29,510 nucleotides of DNA from an uncultured Oligoflexia bacterium (GTDB lineage: Bacteria > Bdellovibrionota > UBA1018 > CAZQUK01). The stretch is taken from NCBI GenBank assembly GCA_964596435.1, contig CAZQUK010000004.1, positions 1 to 29,510 of the forward strand. Reading direction: 5' to 3'. Both the position numbers and the translations under genes were made by a program. Numbering within the stretch: position 1 is the stretch's first letter; the number at the start of each line of letters is the position of its first letter. Below are positions 24,777 through 29,510 of the stretch, piece by piece. The notes beneath the pieces were generated by a model that saw only the letters and a program-made list of their open reading frames with translations, did no database searches and was not told the DNA's origin.

Positions 24777-25613
24777 TCAGGCCTTAATCTGATACTTGAT
24801 CCAGTTTGCGAAATCTTGTTCCCTAATTTTATCATCCAAAATGTGTTTATCTATTCCAAGTTTCCACGCAAGATCAGTGCGAGAGTGATTTTTAGCCAAA
24901 GTTTCCATGTCTTTTGAATATTGAATCAGATCTTCGCGGGTTTTAAAAAATCCCCCTTGGATTAGTTTTTCTTCGCGTGCCAAGATTAATCTGGCCATGT
25001 CGTAAAGGTTATATTCAGGATGATATTGCGTTGCCCAAAAAGTGCCTTTTTTGAATTTAATCTCAGCAGCCTGAATATATGAATGGTCATTTGACGCAAG
25101 CACTACAGAATTTGGAGGCAGTTTTGTAACTTCATCATCGTGGGACTCAAAATGGTCAAAAACTTCGGGCTTCCCTTCCATAAAAGGATGCGATTTTCCG
25201 GCGTTTGTTAAGCGTATCTTTCTTCCAATACCCATTTCGCGTCCCCTTGGGTTTATTTTAACCTCTCCTCCAGCGGCAAAAGCGGCCATTTGTAACCCCC
25301 AGCAACTGCCAATGCTTGGAATTCCAAGTTCAAAAATCTTTTTTTGTAGATCAACTTGTGCCTGAATTTCAGAAATGTGACAGTGATAAACAGTACAACT
25401 GCAACCGGTTAAAATTATGCCCGTGTAGTTTTCTAAAGCAGCACCTTCTGGAAACTTGTGGCCTGGATCCATGGGGTGAAGTACATCATATTTGGCGCCG
25501 GGTAAATATTTGGTTAAAATATCTGCATACATTTTATATGCATGCTTCACATCAAAGTTATCAAATTCATCCCGTTTGCTTTTTGGATAACCATCAATAA
25601 TTAAAAATTGCAT
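24777..25613 (-). CDS. Class I glutamine amidotransferase-like protein (standalone)
   Basis: Nucleophile elbow GSCWGLQ and QYHPE complete the Cys-His-Glu triad; AGGAG RBS favours ATG 25613 over the track start at 25649. Confidence 0.88.
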   Translation of the reverse strand: MQFLIIDGYPKSKRDEFDNFDVKHAYKMYADILTKYLPGAKYDVLHPMDPGHKFPEGAALENYTGIILTGCSCTVYHCHISEIQAQVDLQKKIFELGIPSIGSCWGLQMAAFAAGGEVKINPRGREMGIGRKIRLTNAGKSHPFMEGKPEVFDHFESHDDEVTKLPPNSVVLASNDHSYIQAAEIKFKKGTFWATQYHPEYNLYDMARLILAREEKLIQGGFFKTREDLIQYSKDMETLAKNHSRTDLAWKLGIDKHILDDKIREQDFANWIKYQIKA

Positions 25614-25626
25614 AAGCGCTCCTAAG

Positions 25627-27504
25627 TTAAATTGTCCATTCAAGTCCAAGTTCTTTTAGTTTCCCATTTGATGGGTTTCCTGACTTTATATCCCAACCCA
25701 TCAAATCATAATAATTATCGAGCATATTTAAGTATGATTCTTTATCAACTCCGCGCCCTTTTGCCGGACCATCGGGAATGGGATCGTGAATTTTATCAGG
25801 TAAAAGGTCGCTGCTTCTTGTAAAACCTCTTCTTGTATTAACTTGTCGCATAAGGTTTATGCGCCTTTCGCCAACCTTCATAAGTTCAAAAAAAGTTATT
25901 TCCATTCCAGTTGTAAAATATAAAAGGTCCTCAAGGTCCTTGTATTTAAAAAGGTTACCAGGACCCCAGCAAAACATACAAAGGCCAAGTGTATCAAGTA
26001 CACTATAAAAATATTGAGAGTAAACGGAGGCCCTGACTTTGTTAAGGTTCATGCTAGGTGCCGTATCCTGACCCAATATACCAAGACCGAAACTCGCTTC
26101 ACTTCCGCCGGCAAGGAGCCAGTCATGTTCGCATGACATATGGTCAGCACCAAACGGTACAACACCATACATTAGGGCTTGAGATGGTTTTACCTGTGGA
26201 ACATGTACCGCAAACCCGTGTCCCTTAACGTGGACCGCGTACTTTCTTGTTTTTTCTCCAAAATGATTTATTGTTTTTTCAAAACCATCGGCCAGTATGT
26301 TTCCAATGCCATCTCGGGCGCAAGTTTTTTCTATGCACCACAAAAGTCCTTTGGCGTTTGCAAATTTTACATTTTCATTTCCAATGTCTTTTGAATTTAA
26401 AATACCTTTTTCAACGCACTCACAAAGATACGAAACAAGTCCACCCATTGTTAATGTATCAATTCCGTAGTTGTTACAAAGTTCATTGGCCTTTGCAACA
26501 GCAACTGGATCCGTAATATCAAGGTTTGAACCAAGAAGTCCTAAGGTTTCAAATTCAGGTCCACCAATTTTATCTGTAACTTTGTATGGCTTTTCTGCCT
26601 TAACTTTTCTTCTGCATCCCACAATACAGGCAAAACAAGTTGTTTTTCCGGCACCCATGGTTTTCTCAACATTTTCACCATCAAGTTTTTTGTAATCTTC
26701 ATGGAAGCTTCTTGTGTAGTTGTGTGTTGCAAGATTTCCGGCTTCGCATTGGAAGCCCAAAACGCCAGGTGTTCCAAGTTTTTTTAATGTGGATGGAAAA
26801 TCAGCTCCAGGTAAACGTTCAGTAGCAAGTTTTGCAAGATTTTTAAGTCCCTCGGGATAAGCAAAATTAATTTTTTTATCTCCCTTTACTACCACGGCAC
26901 GCAGGTTTTTACTTCCAAACACAGCGCCCATTCCACAGCGTCCGGCAACATTATTTAAATCTCCCATTAGACACGCGAATCTTACCTGTTTTTCACCGGC
27001 AGGGCCACACTGAATAATACTAATGTTTTTATCGCCATGCTTATTAATTAAGGCTTCATGTGCATCAATTACACTTTTTCCATAAATATCTGAGGCGTCT
27101 TGTATTTGGACGTTTTCATTATCAACAAAAATATAAACAGGCTTTTTAGCTTTTCCTTTAATTACTATTGCATCAAATCCGGATTTTTTTATTATTGGTC
27201 CAATACTGCCGCCAAGCTGACTATCGCCAATGGCATTAGTTTCCGGCGAAACAGCTGTGACCGCACATCTACTAACGCCTGTTACAGATGCACCGGTTGT
27301 AATACCTGGTGCAATGGTAATAATGTTTTCTTCACTTAGCGGGTCAAAATTACATTTCGTTTCCTTTAATAAAAAAAAGCTCCCCATTGCCGCCCCCCCC
27401 ATATAGGTGCGGTAAAAGCTTTTATCTGGCTTTTGTATTTCTGTTTTACCTGTGCTTAAGTTTACTCTAAGAATTGCACCGTTAAATCCAAAATTCTCTG
27501 ACAT
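25627..27504 (-). CDS. aor: Aldehyde:ferredoxin oxidoreductase (tungstopterin AOR family)
   Basis: GRCGMGAVFGSKNLRAV, CFACIVGC (4Fe-4S), GPEFET, CNNYGIDT and LGLCMF; 625 aa; AGGAG RBS. Confidence 0.92.
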   Translation of the reverse strand: MSENFGFNGAILRVNLSTGKTEIQKPDKSFYRTYMGGAAMGSFFLLKETKCNFDPLSEENIITIAPGITTGASVTGVSRCAVTAVSPETNAIGDSQLGGSIGPIIKKSGFDAIVIKGKAKKPVYIFVDNENVQIQDASDIYGKSVIDAHEALINKHGDKNISIIQCGPAGEKQVRFACLMGDLNNVAGRCGMGAVFGSKNLRAVVVKGDKKINFAYPEGLKNLAKLATERLPGADFPSTLKKLGTPGVLGFQCEAGNLATHNYTRSFHEDYKKLDGENVEKTMGAGKTTCFACIVGCRRKVKAEKPYKVTDKIGGPEFETLGLLGSNLDITDPVAVAKANELCNNYGIDTLTMGGLVSYLCECVEKGILNSKDIGNENVKFANAKGLLWCIEKTCARDGIGNILADGFEKTINHFGEKTRKYAVHVKGHGFAVHVPQVKPSQALMYGVVPFGADHMSCEHDWLLAGGSEASFGLGILGQDTAPSMNLNKVRASVYSQYFYSVLDTLGLCMFCWGPGNLFKYKDLEDLLYFTTGMEITFFELMKVGERRINLMRQVNTRRGFTRSSDLLPDKIHDPIPDGPAKGRGVDKESYLNMLDNYYDLMGWDIKSGNPSNGKLKELGLEWTI

Positions 27505-27505
27505 T

Positions 27506-28681
27506 TTATTCTCCTTTGTACGCTTCCCTGTAAAGATTTAATAAGTCTTCTTTTGTACAGGGCCTGGCGTTTGTGAGATGACATGGATCATTGAAAGCCT
27601 TTTTTGCAAGTTCCTCAAGCTGGTTTTCTTTCACCCCTGCTTCTTTTAATGATTTTGGGATGCCAATGCTTTCATTTAATTTTACTACGGCCTCTATGGT
27701 TTTTTCGGCGGCCTCAATTACTGTAAGATTTGAAGTGCCTATCCCAAAACAGTTTGCCACTTTTTTGTATTGCCTAGCCGCAACTTCCATATTGTATTTC
27801 ATCACCGGTACAAGGCAAATTGCATTTGCAAGACCATGTTGAATATTGCATAAGGTGGAAAGTGGGTGCGCCATAGAATGAACGGCCCCAAGATCTTTTT
27901 GAAAAGCCACGGCCCCCATCATTGCGGCAAGAAGCATATAACCTCTAGCTTCAAGATCGTTTGGTTTGCAAACGGCAGTTTTTAAATACTTTGCACAATA
28001 CTCAATACCTATAAGAGCAATACCATCGCACATTGGATGAAAAACAGGAGCCGTTAACGATTCAATGTTATGTGTAAATGCATCCATACCCGTGGCTGCG
28101 GTTAGTGCCGGCGGGAGCGATACTGTCAACTCCGGATCAAGTACGGCAATCTTTGGCATTAGGTGAGGAGAGCAGACAAAAAACTTTTTTCCTTCTCTTG
28201 GAGAAGTTAAAACAGAGCACCTTCCAACTTCACTTCCCGTTCCCGCCGTTGTTGGTATTGAAATCATTGATGGTATGGGACCCTTAATAAGTTTCCCGCC
28301 ACCTTGCATAACATCATAACGGTTAATTGGTTCACCGTGGGCAATTAAAACAGGAACAACCTTTGCGGCATCAAGCGCACTACCACCACCAAGACCTATT
28401 ACACCATCACATTTGTTTTCCTTATAAATTGCGGCGGCCTTATGAGTATCCTCATCAAGCGGATTTGGATTCACTTCAGAAAAAACAGCAAACTGTGTGC
28501 CCGAAGATTTCAGAACATTTTCAACTTTTTTATATGTTTCAGTTTTTCTTAAGCCAGGATCAGTAACTAAAAGGGGCTTTTTTATATTCACTTCATTTAA
28601 GTATTCAGCGAGATTATCTATTGCCCCAGTACCAAATACTATTGTTGTTGGAAAAGAAAATCTTGTAATTTCGTGCGCCAT
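27506..28681 (-). CDS. Iron-containing alcohol dehydrogenase
   Basis: GGGSALD, TTAGTGSE, DAFTHNIES, HSMAH and HGLANA metal/NAD motifs; AAGGAG RBS. Confidence 0.93.
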   Translation of the reverse strand: MAHEITRFSFPTTIVFGTGAIDNLAEYLNEVNIKKPLLVTDPGLRKTETYKKVENVLKSSGTQFAVFSEVNPNPLDEDTHKAAAIYKENKCDGVIGLGGGSALDAAKVVPVLIAHGEPINRYDVMQGGGKLIKGPIPSMISIPTTAGTGSEVGRCSVLTSPREGKKFFVCSPHLMPKIAVLDPELTVSLPPALTAATGMDAFTHNIESLTAPVFHPMCDGIALIGIEYCAKYLKTAVCKPNDLEARGYMLLAAMMGAVAFQKDLGAVHSMAHPLSTLCNIQHGLANAICLVPVMKYNMEVAARQYKKVANCFGIGTSNLTVIEAAEKTIEAVVKLNESIGIPKSLKEAGVKENQLEELAKKAFNDPCHLTNARPCTKEDLLNLYREAYKGE

Positions 28682-28693
28682 ATCTCTACTCCT

Positions 28694-29410
28694 TTATTTA
28701 TTATTTGTTATATTTAATTTATTAATTATTGATGCAAGATCCTTATAGTTTGTACAAATTGCATCAGCTTTTGTATTTTTACTACCTCTGTCTTTTATGA
28801 CAGTTGTTAAAATTGCTTTTGACCCAACAATATGAGGGCCTTCAATATCTTTTTCTTCCCTGTCACCAACATGAATGAGCTCTGTTAATTCAATTTTAAG
28901 CTTTTTTACAATGGTTTCAAAAACAAGCGGGTTTGGTTTTGAACAGCCGATTTCGTCAGAAAAGACAAAAGCTTCAAAGTATTTTAATAAATCTTTTGAG
29001 GCTAAAATTTCCTTAAGCACTCGTCCTGGGCTGAATATTGCATCTGAAATTCCCTCGGCAAAGTCAGGTTGTATGTTGAGTTCCATTTCTTCATGAAGTT
29101 TTACAAGTTCATTAAAATCATTATCGGGAATTTTGCGGTTTAGTTTTTTAAAAAGCACGAGTAATCTTTCGTTAACGGTCCAGGTAATACCTTTTTCGTA
29201 CCAGGCGCGTCTGAACTCAGCGTCCGTGGCGTTATAAGCCTCATTTACTTTTTCTGGTGATATAGTGGCGCTTTTTTTGAGAAAATCTAAAACCAGTTTT
29301 CTTCTTTCTTCTTTTTTTGGAAGAAGCCCCATAGATTTTCTTTTGGGTTCATCAGAGTCATCTATAAAAACTGTGTCCCAAAGATCAAAAGAAACTGCTT
29401 TAATGGCCAT
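28694..29410 (-). CDS. HAD-superfamily hydrolase (apparently with an in-frame internal deletion)
   Basis: FDLWDT (motif I), ISD (II), SKP (III), HVGDREEKD (IV); ATG 29410 is likelier than TTG 29428. Confidence 0.8.
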   Translation of the reverse strand: MAIKAVSFDLWDTVFIDDSDEPKRKSMGLLPKKEERRKLVLDFLKKSATISPEKVNEAYNATDAEFRRAWYEKGITWTVNERLLVLFKKLNRKIPDNDFNELVKLHEEMELNIQPDFAEGISDAIFSPGRVLKEILASKDLLKYFEAFVFSDEIGCSKPNPLVFETIVKKLKIELTELIHVGDREEKDIEGPHIVGSKAILTTVIKDRGSKNTKADAICTNYKDLASIINKLNITNNK

Positions 29411-29510
29411 AGTAAAATTTTGCCCCAAGCTTGGGTTCCTTACAAATACATAAAAATAAAACTGCCCTACAAGTGAGCGTAAGCTGACAAAATTAGGCAG
29501 GTAATTTTAG

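Noticed and set aside
15038-29453. Remaining 60-120 aa alternate-frame or antisense ORFs inside the right-half genes (e.g. 23917-24276, 24427-24747)
   Set aside because: They overlap well-supported CDSs and lack RBS and protein-like motifs.
1-29510. CRISPR array, IS/transposase, integrase, prophage, or recoded (Sec/readthrough) genes
   Set aside because: No regularly spaced repeats, terminal inverted repeats or mobile-element ORFs were seen, and all long genes are uninterrupted under the standard code.

Overview
AT-rich bacterial chromosomal window with no mobile element, CRISPR array, rRNA or tRNA that I can see. The left half (1-14.6 kb) is mostly housekeeping and signalling: a truncated PTP/DSP-type phosphatase, suhB, a membrane-anchored coiled-coil protein with an acidic linker, a HEAT-repeat protein, a pseudo-receiver HD-GYP-like gene behind a likely sigma54 promoter, the rimP-nusA-infB-rbfA-truB operon with its leader terminator, two exported proteins and gltX. 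The style of these genes suggests a Bdellovibrionota/Oligoflexia-like organism (inference). The right half holds the best candidate for an undescribed system. A GlmL/MutL-like ASKHA ATPase with no B12 mutase nearby and a partner carrying RnfC/NqrA-like barrel-sandwich repeats (+ strand) face a tightly coupled minus-strand operon. That operon encodes an Fn3-DUF6754-like protein, its apparent paralog with predicted opposite membrane topology, two ~6-TM proteins, two small proteins and dapF. Together they look like an ATP-coupled membrane machine of unknown function, split into two convergent halves. Upstream lies a HAD / Fe-ADH / tungsten-type AOR / class I GATase operon, whose HAD gene appears to carry an in-frame core deletion. 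All family assignments are from motif recognition and recall; no database searches were run.
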